From contig DASZDK010000089.1 of the NCBI GenBank assembly GCA_035942035.1, positions 6,490 through 70,489 of the forward strand: a stretch of DNA of 64,000 nt. Direction: 5' to 3'. Every line of letters begins with the position of its first letter. Position 1 is the stretch's first letter. The notes beneath the pieces were generated by a model. The model was given only the letters and a program-made list of their open reading frames with translations, was not told the origin of the DNA and ran no database searches. Positions 30,965 through 39,380 of this stretch are shown in pieces. Source of the DNA: Acidimicrobiales bacterium. GTDB lineage: Bacteria > Actinomycetota > Acidimicrobiia > Acidimicrobiales > CADCSY01. A program made the position numbers and the translations under genes.

Positions 30965-31933
30965 GTGCCGGAGCGGGGGCGGGTGAAGGCGCTGGTCACC
31001 GGGGGGGCGGGGTTCATCGGCTCCACCCTCGTCGACCGCCTGCTGGCCGAGGGCCACGCCGTCGACGTCGTCGACAACCTGTCGACCGGGTCGTTGGCCA
31101 ACCTGGCCGAGGCCCGTGCCGACCGCGACCACGACCTGCGGGTGCACCAGCTCGACGTCCGCTCGCCGGCGGTGGTCGAGCTCATCGAGCGCCGGCGTCC
31201 CGACGTCGTGTTCCATCTGGCCGCCCAGGCCGATGTGCGGGTCTCGGTCGCCGATCCCCTCCTCGACGCCCAGGTGAACGTGGTGGGGAGCCTCAACGTG
31301 ATGGAGGGGGCTCGGGCGGCCGGTTGCCCCAAGGTGGTCTTCGCCTCCAGCGGCGGCACCATCTACGGCGACCCCGACCCCGCGGACCTTCCGGTGACCG
31401 AGTCCCACCCCCAGCGCCCGCTGTCCCCGTACGGGGTGGCCAAGAAGGCGGTGGGGGACTACCTCTACGCCTACCGGGCATTGCACGGGCTGGAGTTCGT
31501 CGTGCTCGCCCTGGCCAACGTGTACGGCCCCCGCCAAGACCCTCACGGCGAGGCCGGCGTGGTCGCCATCTTCGCCGGCAAGTTGCTGGCCGGCGAGGTG
31601 TGCACCGTCTTCGGCGACGGCCTCCAGACGCGCGACTTCGTCTACGTCGACGACGTGGTCGACGCCTTCGTCCGGGCCGCCGACCGGGGCAGCGGCCTCC
31701 TTTGCAACATCGGCACCGGCATCGAGACGTCGGTGCTGCGCCTGCACCAACTCATGGCCGGCGCTGCCGGGGTGCCCCGGGCGGCGGTCTCGTTCGCCGC
31801 GGCCCGGCCCGGGGAGCTGGCACGTTCGGCCCTCGACCCCACCCGTGCCCGCCTGCATCTCGGGTGGGCTCCCTGGACGAGCATGGAAGACGGGGCCGGC
31901 GCCGTCTTGGAATGGTTCGCCGCCCGTCGATGA
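30965..31933 (+). CDS. NAD-dependent epimerase/dehydratase, GalE-like
   Basis: VTGGAGFIGSTLVDRLL and a YxxxK catalytic motif (PYGVAKK). Extended SDR length. The start may be GTG 30965 or GTG 30983. Confidence 0.85.
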   Translation: MPERGRVKALVTGGAGFIGSTLVDRLLAEGHAVDVVDNLSTGSLANLAEARADRDHDLRVHQLDVRSPAVVELIERRRPDVVFHLAAQADVRVSVADPLLDAQVNVVGSLNVMEGARAAGCPKVVFASSGGTIYGDPDPADLPVTESHPQRPLSPYGVAKKAVGDYLYAYRALHGLEFVVLALANVYGPRQDPHGEAGVVAIFAGKLLAGEVCTVFGDGLQTRDFVYVDDVVDAFVRAADRGSGLLCNIGTGIETSVLRLHQLMAGAAGVPRAAVSFAAARPGELARSALDPTRARLHLGWAPWTSMEDGAGAVLEWFAARR

Positions 31934-32002
31934 GCCGGGCGACCGTGCGTCGACTGCGACCGCCGGGTTCCACCCAGTGGCGCTGACGGGCGTGGTCCAC
32001 CG

Positions 32003-34216
32003 CTACCGAACGAGCTCGACGGGGCGCAGCGTGACCTCGCCGGGGGCGCCCTCCATGGCGAACACGTCGACGGTGTTGGCGCCCGGGCGGAGCAATGACT
32101 CGGGCACCAGCACTGCGAATCGGGTCGACCAGACGGTCAAGTGTGCCTCGAGACTGCCCCAGCCGCCGATCACGCCATTGACCGCCACCACGACTCGCCG
32201 TAGCTCCGTGTCGGCTTCTTCCACCTCACCGGACACGTAGACGGGCAGGATAGGCGCCTGGAGATCCACGTCGTCGTACTGCTCCGGGTCGACGAGGCGA
32301 GCCTTCCAGTCGGCCGGTGGACCCTGGGGAAGTTCGACGACCGGTGTGCCGGTGAACTCGACGTGCGGCGGCAGGCGGTACAGGGCGAGGGGATCGTCGC
32401 TAGGGACCGCTGACGCCGGTTGCGCGGCGAGCATGTTGGCGAGCCCCTCGACCGCGTCGATGGTCGCGTACGCCTTGCCGTCGTCCGGCTCGATGGTGCT
32501 GTGCTCGCTTGGGACGAACCGCTTGTCGTCAGCGTGTCGAAGCGCGGGGTTCAACAGAGAACGGCCGTCGACCTCCCAGCCCATCCCGATGCCGGTGGCG
32601 TCGGCGATGGTCGGGACCAGATCGACGATCTCGGTGTTCACGTCAGTGATCCGGCCTTCGACCTGGCCTGGGGCCTTGATCAACAGGGGCACCCACAGGA
32701 GCTCGTGAGCGTTGTTCCGCGAGACACCTCGCCAGAACTCCTCCTCCTGGAACGAGAGGCCATGGTCAGCGACGACTATGACATAGGAGTCGTCGTAGCG
32801 ATCGAGTTCAGCCAAGCGGTCGAGCATCCTCCCTACCTGCTTGTCGGTGTACTGCAGCTGCAGCAGGTGCCGCTGTCGCCCGAGCTGACCCGCAGTCTCG
32901 GTGGTCCACCGCGGGCCCAGGAGGCCGAGCGGATGTGGGTCGCCGGTGTGACTTTGGCCGTCGGGAAGGACCTGCCAGGGCACGTGGGGCAGAAGCAGGT
33001 GGGCGAAGTCCAATTGGGGCCGGCCGTCGTCGGGCTGGAGTGACTCCAGGAAATCGTCGAGGTGCTCGAACCGGCCGGCGATCAGCCCGAGAAGCGCCTC
33101 AAAGGAGGTTTCCCCGACCCCGTCGCCCAAGGACGTCTGAGCCGGGGACGTCACGATTCCTGTCCATAGATCCCAGGCCAGGGACAGGAGGCGTCCGATG
33201 GCCGTGGGATCGGAGGCCTGGTCACACCGCGACGGTGGGCACAGCGACGTGATCGCCTCGTGAACGTTGAGGTCATGGCTGTCGCCGAGGAGGGTGAAGA
33301 GGTTCTCGACGTAGTCATCTCGCACCGCCTTGGCCTCGGTATGGATGCGCCCGGTCAGGAGGGAGGGGACTGCGAGGTCGGTGAAGGTGGCCACCGTCGT
33401 GGTGTTCCGGTAGAACGTGGCGTCGTCAGCGAACCGGGCGAGGTTGGGGAAAAGCTCGGCGTCGATTCGACCGTCGCCGTCGAGCAGCGACATGGTGGGC
33501 AACTCGTCGAGCACCAGGACCACGAACGACGGCTGGCCCGCCGCCGCCGCCTCCGGCGACGCCGGCGCCGGAGGGGATGCCGGTGAGGGCGTGAAGATCA
33601 GGTTGGCAACCGGCGAGAACGCCAGGAAGACCACGAGGAACGCAGCCGGTGCGGCCGACAAGAACACCAGGTACAGCCGGGCGGCCTCGAACCGTTCGTA
33701 GAGGAAGGCGGCGGCGAGCCCGGCAGCCACCGCCGCGACGAGCACCCACGCCGGTCCCGGCAGCAGGGGGCGGGCGAACCACGAGATGAACAGGCCCAGA
33801 AGAAGACCGACAGCTGCCGATTGGCCCACCCGCCGCGCCCGGCCACCGACCAGACCGGTCGCCGCCGCCAGCGCCCACACTGCCAGCGCCGGCAGCACCG
33901 CAACGCCGATGCCGAACATCACGATGGTGCGTAGGGAGGCGTGGGTGGCGACGAAGGTCTCCGGTGAGTCTCCGAAGGACCCCAGCACGGGCTGCGCCAC
34001 GGCGAAGCCGCTCACCGCCAGGATCTCGAGGAAGTAGCGCCCTTCGCGTCGCCACCACGGCCGGCCCGGCCGGCCCGGTGAACGATTCGTCGATGCCCGT
34101 GGCTGCGGCGGCCGCAGTGGTGGTGTCGCAGGCCCGGGGTCGTCGAGGACCACGACGCCGACGACGACTGCGATGGAAACGGCGACGATGAGGAGGACGA
34201 CGATGACCGTGAACAT
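32003..34216 (-). CDS. Membrane-anchored sulfatase-like (alkaline phosphatase superfamily) transferase, LtaS/EptA-like architecture
   Basis: About 6 N-terminal TM segments. Then VVLVLDELPTMSL (metal/nucleophile region), TFTDLAVPSLLTG and VVADHGLSF. Confidence 0.8.
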   Translation of the reverse strand: MFTVIVVLLIVAVSIAVVVGVVVLDDPGPATPPLRPPQPRASTNRSPGRPGRPWWRREGRYFLEILAVSGFAVAQPVLGSFGDSPETFVATHASLRTIVMFGIGVAVLPALAVWALAAATGLVGGRARRVGQSAAVGLLLGLFISWFARPLLPGPAWVLVAAVAAGLAAAFLYERFEAARLYLVFLSAAPAAFLVVFLAFSPVANLIFTPSPASPPAPASPEAAAAGQPSFVVLVLDELPTMSLLDGDGRIDAELFPNLARFADDATFYRNTTTVATFTDLAVPSLLTGRIHTEAKAVRDDYVENLFTLLGDSHDLNVHEAITSLCPPSRCDQASDPTAIGRLLSLAWDLWTGIVTSPAQTSLGDGVGETSFEALLGLIAGRFEHLDDFLESLQPDDGRPQLDFAHLLLPHVPWQVLPDGQSHTGDPHPLGLLGPRWTTETAGQLGRQRHLLQLQYTDKQVGRMLDRLAELDRYDDSYVIVVADHGLSFQEEEFWRGVSRNNAHELLWVPLLIKAPGQVEGRITDVNTEIVDLVPTIADATGIGMGWEVDGRSLLNPALRHADDKRFVPSEHSTIEPDDGKAYATIDAVEGLANMLAAQPASAVPSDDPLALYRLPPHVEFTGTPVVELPQGPPADWKARLVDPEQYDDVDLQAPILPVYVSGEVEEADTELRRVVVAVNGVIGGWGSLEAHLTVWSTRFAVLVPESLLRPGANTVDVFAMEGAPGEVTLRPVELVR

Positions 34217-34308
34217 CTAGCGGGGAGGGTGGTGTCGGGTCGGGCGGGCGCGCGTATCCTCCGAGGAACCCATCTCGCGGGCTCGATTCCTCAGTGCCAC
34301 CCCTTGGT

Positions 34309-35700
34309 CTAGGGCTCGCACAGGTACAGGGTGCGTGTCCCGCTCGGCACCACCTGGCGCTCTGCGATGTGGAATCGGGCGGCCAGGAGCTCTTCGAAGT
34401 GGTCGATGCGGTAGTCGTCGAACAGCCCGGCCGGCTTGTTGGACAGCAGCCGACGGGTCATGGGATCGGGGCGGTCCACGAACTCGACCACCAAGCGGGC
34501 TCCGAACTCGTGCAGCCAGTCGACGACCTCGGGCAGGGGCACGTTGGCGGTGATGGCGAGGTGGTGGACCAGGGCCAGGCTCAGCACGACGTCGGGTCGC
34601 ACCCGCGCCGCGAACGGGGCCCGCTCCCGGTTTCGCCACCCGAGCCCCGGCGACGGGTCGGACAGGTCCATCACCAACGGGAGGACGTTGGCGACGCCGT
34701 CGTGACGGAGCCGTCGGTACAGACCGTCGATCACGGCCTCGTCGCCGTCGACCGCCACCACCTGCTGGGCGTAACTGGCGGCGAGCATCGAATAGGCTCC
34801 GTCGTTGGCGCCGAGGTCGAGGACGCACCGTGACGGCCGGGCCGCCAGCGCCGCTTCCACGAAGGCGCGCTTGGCAGCGGCGTCGTCGTCGGTGTAGGAG
34901 CAGGTGTCGCGGTAGTCGGACCACGCCGTGCGGGAGCGCTTGACCTCGAGGCGACGCACCAGCTTGAGGGTCTTGGCCACGGTGGCCTTGGCCAACTCCG
35001 TCCCGAAGCCGGCTCGGCCCAGCTCGGCCTTGACGCTCTCGGAGCTGGAGGTGACCCGTCGCTCGGCCACGCTGTGGAGGTACACGTGGCGGAAGACTCC
35101 CCGCCTGAAGCGGCGCAGGCCCCCGAACATCCCCCGCACGTCGACCGGCTGGAGGCCGTCGAGGCTGCCGCGCAACAGGCCCTGGTAGGCGATGCGCAGG
35201 TGCGCCTGGATGAGCAGCGGGAACAGGAAGGTCTGGCAGAACTGGCGGTACCCCGGCCACGGGCCGCTGGCCGCCTCGAACGAGCCGAGGTCGACGAACA
35301 CCGGCCGGCTGCCCACGAACTGGACGTTGTAGGCGGTGCCGTCCTTGGTGGTGATGTTCTCCTCGAGGGCGGCGAGCAGCACCTCGAGGTGGCAGATGGC
35401 GGCCTCTCGCAGCATGGCAAAGGGCCACTCGAAGGGGTAGGAGACCACCGGGATGCGCTCGTGCTCGAGCACCAGTGACCACGATTGGCCCCGGGGCCCC
35501 GGCGGCGCTTCGGCCTGGTACGGAGCGGTGCGCACGATCTGGCCCTGGTCGACCAAGCGGGGGAAGAAGTCGGTGCCGGCCAGCTGGCGCCAGTCGGAAG
35601 CTCCCTGCTCGCTCAGTCCCCGCAGCACCCGCCCGTCGGCGTAGAAGACGGCCGAATCGGGGTCGCGGAACGACGCCGGCTCCGGGAGGACACTACCCAC
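34309..35700 (-). CDS. Two-domain protein: N-terminal protein-kinase-like domain fused to a C-terminal class I SAM-dependent methyltransferase
   Basis: C-terminus: VLDLGANDGAYS (SAM motif I), VVAVDGD and LALVHHL. N-terminus: TKDGTAYN (D-x4-N) followed 17 residues later by VDLGSF (DFG-like). Start GTG 35700 lies 13 nt after the upstream small-ORF stop; ATG 35793 is an alternative. Confidence 0.75.
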   Translation of the reverse strand: MGSVLPEPASFRDPDSAVFYADGRVLRGLSEQGASDWRQLAGTDFFPRLVDQGQIVRTAPYQAEAPPGPRGQSWSLVLEHERIPVVSYPFEWPFAMLREAAICHLEVLLAALEENITTKDGTAYNVQFVGSRPVFVDLGSFEAASGPWPGYRQFCQTFLFPLLIQAHLRIAYQGLLRGSLDGLQPVDVRGMFGGLRRFRRGVFRHVYLHSVAERRVTSSSESVKAELGRAGFGTELAKATVAKTLKLVRRLEVKRSRTAWSDYRDTCSYTDDDAAAKRAFVEAALAARPSRCVLDLGANDGAYSMLAASYAQQVVAVDGDEAVIDGLYRRLRHDGVANVLPLVMDLSDPSPGLGWRNRERAPFAARVRPDVVLSLALVHHLAITANVPLPEVVDWLHEFGARLVVEFVDRPDPMTRRLLSNKPAGLFDDYRIDHFEELLAARFHIAERQVVPSGTRTLYLCEP

Positions 35701-35713
35701 TCCGGACGCTGCG

Positions 35714-35932
35714 TCAGGCCCGCGGTTCGGCTGGCGCGTCGGCGCGCTCCGACACTGTCGAGTCGTGGTCGCCTGGCCCCTGCGCGGCCGCACGTTGCGC
35801 CTCAGCGCGCTGCTTCGGTGAGAAGAAGCCGACGATGCGCCGCCAGCTCATGCGCAATACCACACCGAGACCGGCGGCGCCGGCCACCACCGCTGAAACG
35901 ATCAGGCTGCCGGTGCCGGCGTCGAGATACAT
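35714..35932 (-). CDS. Small membrane protein (72 aa) heading the methyltransferase/sulfatase-like operon
   Basis: ATG at 35932. MYLDAGTGSLIVSAVVAGAAGLGVVLRMSWRRIVGFF gives one TM plus a basic stretch. The N-terminal motif resembles mini-proteins I recall from polysaccharide loci (recollection only). Confidence 0.4.
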   Translation of the reverse strand: MYLDAGTGSLIVSAVVAGAAGLGVVLRMSWRRIVGFFSPKQRAEAQRAAAQGPGDHDSTVSERADAPAEPRA

Positions 35933-36164
35933 CAGTTGCTGTTTCAAAAGGGTTCTCCTACGAGCGGTCGTGGTCCGTCCGGCGACCATTGCCGGAACGT
36001 CACATGACCACGAACTGTAGCCACCAGGGCGGCTGCGGCCAAGAAATGGGCACGCCCAGCACCGGCCCGAGCACAGCGCGTGGAGGCAGCGTCACCGCCG
36101 CCCCCCTCCCCCGCAGGCGAGTGCGCGGCCTCGCGGAGGCGGGAAGGATGGGGGCTAACGTCGC

Positions 36165-36929
36165 TTGCCAGTGAAGAACGCGTTGGGTGAGCCACAGTCC
36201 GTCCTCGTCCTCGGAGGAACCTCCGAGATCGCACTGGCCACGGTGCGGACCATGGCCCAGCGGCGGCTGCAGTCGGTAGTGCTCGCCGGTCGCAACACCG
36301 ACGCGCTGGCCCTGGCCGCTGACGAGCTGCGCGGCCTCGGGCTGGCGGTCGAGATGGAGCCGTTCGACGCCCTGGACACCGACAGCCACGCCGGCCTGGT
36401 CGAGCGGGTGTTCGATCGTCACGGTGACATCGACGTCGCCCTGGTCGCCTTCGGCGTCCTCGGCGATCAGGACGAGGCCCTGCGTTCCGTGGCCGAGGCC
36501 CGGCGCATCGTGGCCACCAACTACCTCGGGGCGGTGACCACGTGCCTGCCCCTCGCCCGACGCATGACCGCCCAGGGCCACGGCACCATCGTGGTGCTGT
36601 CGTCGGTGGCGGGGGAGCGGGCCCGCAAGGCCAACTTCGTCTACGGCTCCTCCAAGGCCGGTGTCGACGCCTTCGCCCAGGGGTTGGGCGACTCGCTGGT
36701 CGGCACGGGCGTCGGCGTGCTGGTGGTCCGCCCCGGCTTCGTGCGCACCAAGATGACCGCTGGTCGGGAGGAGGTCCCGCTGTCGACCACGCCCGAGGCC
36801 GTCGCCGACGCCATCGTGTCCGGGCTGGCCAAGGGCGCCGAGGTGGTGCACGTGCCGGCGGCGCTGCGTTACGTCTTCACGGTCGTGCGTCACCTCCCCC
36901 GGCCGTTGTTCCGAAAGATCCCGATGTGA
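36165..36929 (+). CDS. dprE2: Decaprenylphospho-2-keto-ribose reductase-type SDR
   Basis: [20 protein letters not shown] catalytic motif and [11 protein letters not shown]. It closely resembles the mycobacterial DprE2 N-terminus (..PQ.VL.LGGTSEI). The start is TTG 36165 or GTG 36171. Confidence 0.88.
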   Translation: MPVKNALGEPQSVLVLGGTSEIALATVRTMAQRRLQSVVLAGRNTDALALAADELRGLGLAVEMEPFDALDTDSHAGLVERVFDRHGDIDVALVAFGVLGDQDEALRSVAEARRIVATNYLGAVTTCLPLARRMTAQGHGTIVVLSSVAGERARKANFVYGSSKAGVDAFAQGLGDSLVGTGVGVLVVRPGFVRTKMTAGREEVPLSTTPEAVADAIVSGLAKGAEVVHVPAALRYVFTVVRHLPRPLFRKIPM

Positions 36930-36939
36930 CGGGCGGGGG

Positions 36940-38373
36940 ATGTCGGTGTCGACACCTCGTTCGGCTCCTCTTGTCCGTGACCACGTTCGCCGTCGGCGGC
37001 GTCTACCAGCCGTGACCACGGTGGCGCGCCGGCCCCTCAGCGGGTGGGGCCGCACGGCCGTTACGACCTCGGTCGTGGTGGCCCCCCGCAACGCCGGCCT
37101 GGTGGCCGATGCGCTGGCCGCGGGTCCGCCGCGGGGGGCGATCGCCCGGGGGCTGGGGCGCAGCTACGGCGATTCCGCCCAAAACGCCGGTGGCGTGGTG
37201 CTCGACTGCACCTCGCTGGCGGGCATCCGGGCGCTCGATCTGGAGGGGGGCCTGGTCGTCGTCGAGGCGGGCATCAGCCTCGACACCCTGATACGCCGGC
37301 TCCTTCCTCTGGGGTGGTTCGTGCCCGTGAGCCCGGGGACACGGTTCGTCACCGTGGGGGGCGCCGTGGCCAGCGACATCCACGGCAAGAACCACCACGT
37401 CGACGGCAGCTTCTGCCGCTGGGTCGAGTCGCTCAGCCTCCAGCTCCCGAACGGGCACCGGCGGCGGATCGGCCCCGACGGGCCCTCGGGGGAGCTGTTC
37501 TGGGCCACGGCCGGCGGGATGGGGCTCACCGGCGTGGTGCTCGAGGCCGACGTGCGCCTGCACCCGGTCACGACCGCCTCGATGGTGGTCGACACCGAGC
37601 GGGCCAGCGACCTCGACGACTGCATGGCCCGCATGGAGTCGGGCGACGACCGCTACCGCTACTCGGAGGCGTGGATCGACTGCACGGCCACAGGCCCCGA
37701 GCTGGGGCGGTCCGTCCTTACCCGGGGCGACCACGCCGGCGTGGACGACCTGCCCCCCAAGCAGCGGGAGACGCCGTTGCACTTCGCGCCCGCCCAGCGG
37801 CTGTCGGCGCCGCCGTGGGTGCCGCCCGGCCTGCTCAACCGCGCCACGGTGACTGCCTTCAACGAGCTGTGGTTCCGCAAGGCCCCGCGCCGGCGCGAGG
37901 GCGAGCTCCAGGGCATCGCCTCGTTCTTCCACCCCCTCGACGGCGTGGGCGGGTGGAACCGCTTCTACGGCCCCCGAGGGTTGCTCCAGCACCAGTGCGT
38001 GGTCCCCTTCGGGGCCGAGGCGACGCTGCGGCGCATCGTCGAGCGCTTGGCCGCGTCCGGGGCGGCGTCGTCCCGGGCCGTGCTCAAGCGCTTCGGCGAG
38101 GCCGATCCCGGACCCCTGTCGTTCCCCATGTCGGGGTGGACGCTGGCCCTCGACCTCCCCGCCGGCGCCGCCGGCCTCGGGCCCCTGCTCGACGACGTTG
38201 ACGAGATGGTGGTGGAGGCCGGCGGGCGGCTGTACCTGGCCAAGGACTCCCGCATGCGCCCCGAGCTCCTCGGCGCCATGTACCCCCGGCTCGGCGAGTG
38301 GCGGGAGGTCCGGGCGCGGGTGGACCCCCACGGGGTGTTGCGCTCCGACCAGTCGCGACGCCTGGGGCTCTGA
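36940..38373 (+). CDS. dprE1: Decaprenylphosphoryl-beta-D-ribose 2'-oxidase-type FAD flavoenzyme
   Basis: [21 protein letters not shown] (FAD-binding PCMH domain), [16 protein letters not shown] and a C-terminal alditol-oxidase-like domain. ATG 36940 or GTG 37012. Confidence 0.9.
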   Translation: MSVSTPRSAPLVRDHVRRRRRLPAVTTVARRPLSGWGRTAVTTSVVVAPRNAGLVADALAAGPPRGAIARGLGRSYGDSAQNAGGVVLDCTSLAGIRALDLEGGLVVVEAGISLDTLIRRLLPLGWFVPVSPGTRFVTVGGAVASDIHGKNHHVDGSFCRWVESLSLQLPNGHRRRIGPDGPSGELFWATAGGMGLTGVVLEADVRLHPVTTASMVVDTERASDLDDCMARMESGDDRYRYSEAWIDCTATGPELGRSVLTRGDHAGVDDLPPKQRETPLHFAPAQRLSAPPWVPPGLLNRATVTAFNELWFRKAPRRREGELQGIASFFHPLDGVGGWNRFYGPRGLLQHQCVVPFGAEATLRRIVERLAASGAASSRAVLKRFGEADPGPLSFPMSGWTLALDLPAGAAGLGPLLDDVDEMVVEAGGRLYLAKDSRMRPELLGAMYPRLGEWREVRARVDPHGVLRSDQSRRLGL

Positions 38374-38669
38374 CGGCGGGAGGTTGCGAGAGCCCGGCGG
38401 TGAGTGAGGATGAGGGCGTGGCGAACGCGGAACGCCCGCCGCCATCCTGATCGGCCGTGTCGCCGCCGAGCGCAGAGACGCCGGCGGCGGCTCAGGCCGA
38501 CAAGCTGCCGCTCGCACCCGAAGTGCGGGCGCGCCTCCTCGGTCGATCTGGTCCGCAGGTGGCGCTTCTCGTACCGGCAGCACCACGCTGACGTCGTGTC
38601 GGCCTCGTCGGCGCCGTCGCCAGGAGCCCGTGCTCGATCACTCATCCGGCGACGGGCGTCGTGGCTCGG

Positions 38670-39380
38670 TCAACGGAACAGGTCCTCGCCCGGAGGACGG
38701 ACGATCTCGGCCCGCACCGACGACTCCCGGAGCCACGACCGGTCGACGCCGCGGACGATGGCCACGGGCACACTGCTCGCCTTGCCCATCACCAGCTCGG
38801 CGGCGGCGGCCAGCTCGTCGGCCACCGCCACCTCGGTGACCTCCAGCCGACGCCCGGAGGCGTCGGTGGTGCCCCGGAGGTCGACCACGGCGGCCACGCC
38901 GGCGCAGCCGATGGCCACGTCGGCGGCGCCCCGCCGCCACGGCCGCCCGAAGGTGTCGGAGACGATCACGCCCACCTCCACCCCGGCTCGGGCCCGCAAG
39001 CCGTCGCGGACGCGGCGGGCCGAGCGGTCCGGGTCGACGGGCAGGAGGGCGGCGTGGCCCCGGTCCACGTTGGACGAGTCGACGCCGGCGTTGGCGCACA
39101 CGAAGCCGTGGCGGGTCTCGGTGATGAGCAGCTCCCCCCGCCGGCGCAGCACCCGCACCGCCTCCGCCTCGACCAGGCGGCGGACCGAGTTCGGGTCGTC
39201 GGGGTCGACCGTGACCATCCTCCCCTCGGCCTTGGAGACGATCTTCTGGGTGACCACCACCACGTCGCCGTCCTGCAGCCCCGGCTCGTCGCCGGCGGCG
39301 GCGGCCACCAGCTCGGCGAGGACGTCACCGGGCCGCACCTCGGGCATGCCCGTCACCGGCAGCAGCTGCACCCCGGTCAT
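38670..39380 (-). CDS. cofE: Coenzyme F420:L-glutamate ligase, stand-alone CofE domain
   Basis: ATGA overlap with the cofD stop. VVVTQKIVSKAEGR, HGFVCANAGVD and SDTFGRPWR. 236 aa ending right after the ligase domain. Confidence 0.88.
   Translation of the reverse strand: MTGVQLLPVTGMPEVRPGDVLAELVAAAAGDEPGLQDGDVVVVTQKIVSKAEGRMVTVDPDDPNSVRRLVEAEAVRVLRRRGELLITETRHGFVCANAGVDSSNVDRGHAALLPVDPDRSARRVRDGLRARAGVEVGVIVSDTFGRPWRRGAADVAIGCAGVAAVVDLRGTTDASGRRLEVTEVAVADELAAAAELVMGKASSVPVAIVRGVDRSWLRESSVRAEIVRPPGEDLFR

Noticed and set aside
38374-38669. 296-bp convergent spacer between dprE1 and cofE with a Cys-containing minus-strand ORF start (MSDRARAPGDGADEADTTSAWCCRYEKRHL..., from 38645), considered as a WhiB-like or zinc-ribbon mini-gene because whiB2 neighbours fbiA in mycobacteria
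   Set aside because: The cysteine spacing does not match the WhiB C-x(n)-C-x2-C-x5-C pattern. The frame has no stop until 37965, deep inside dprE1 antisense, and the translation becomes Arg-rich junk. Only a GC-rich hairpin (CGCCGCCG-N13-CGGCGGCG around 38460-38490) is notable. An unannotated small RNA or protein cannot be excluded without expression data.
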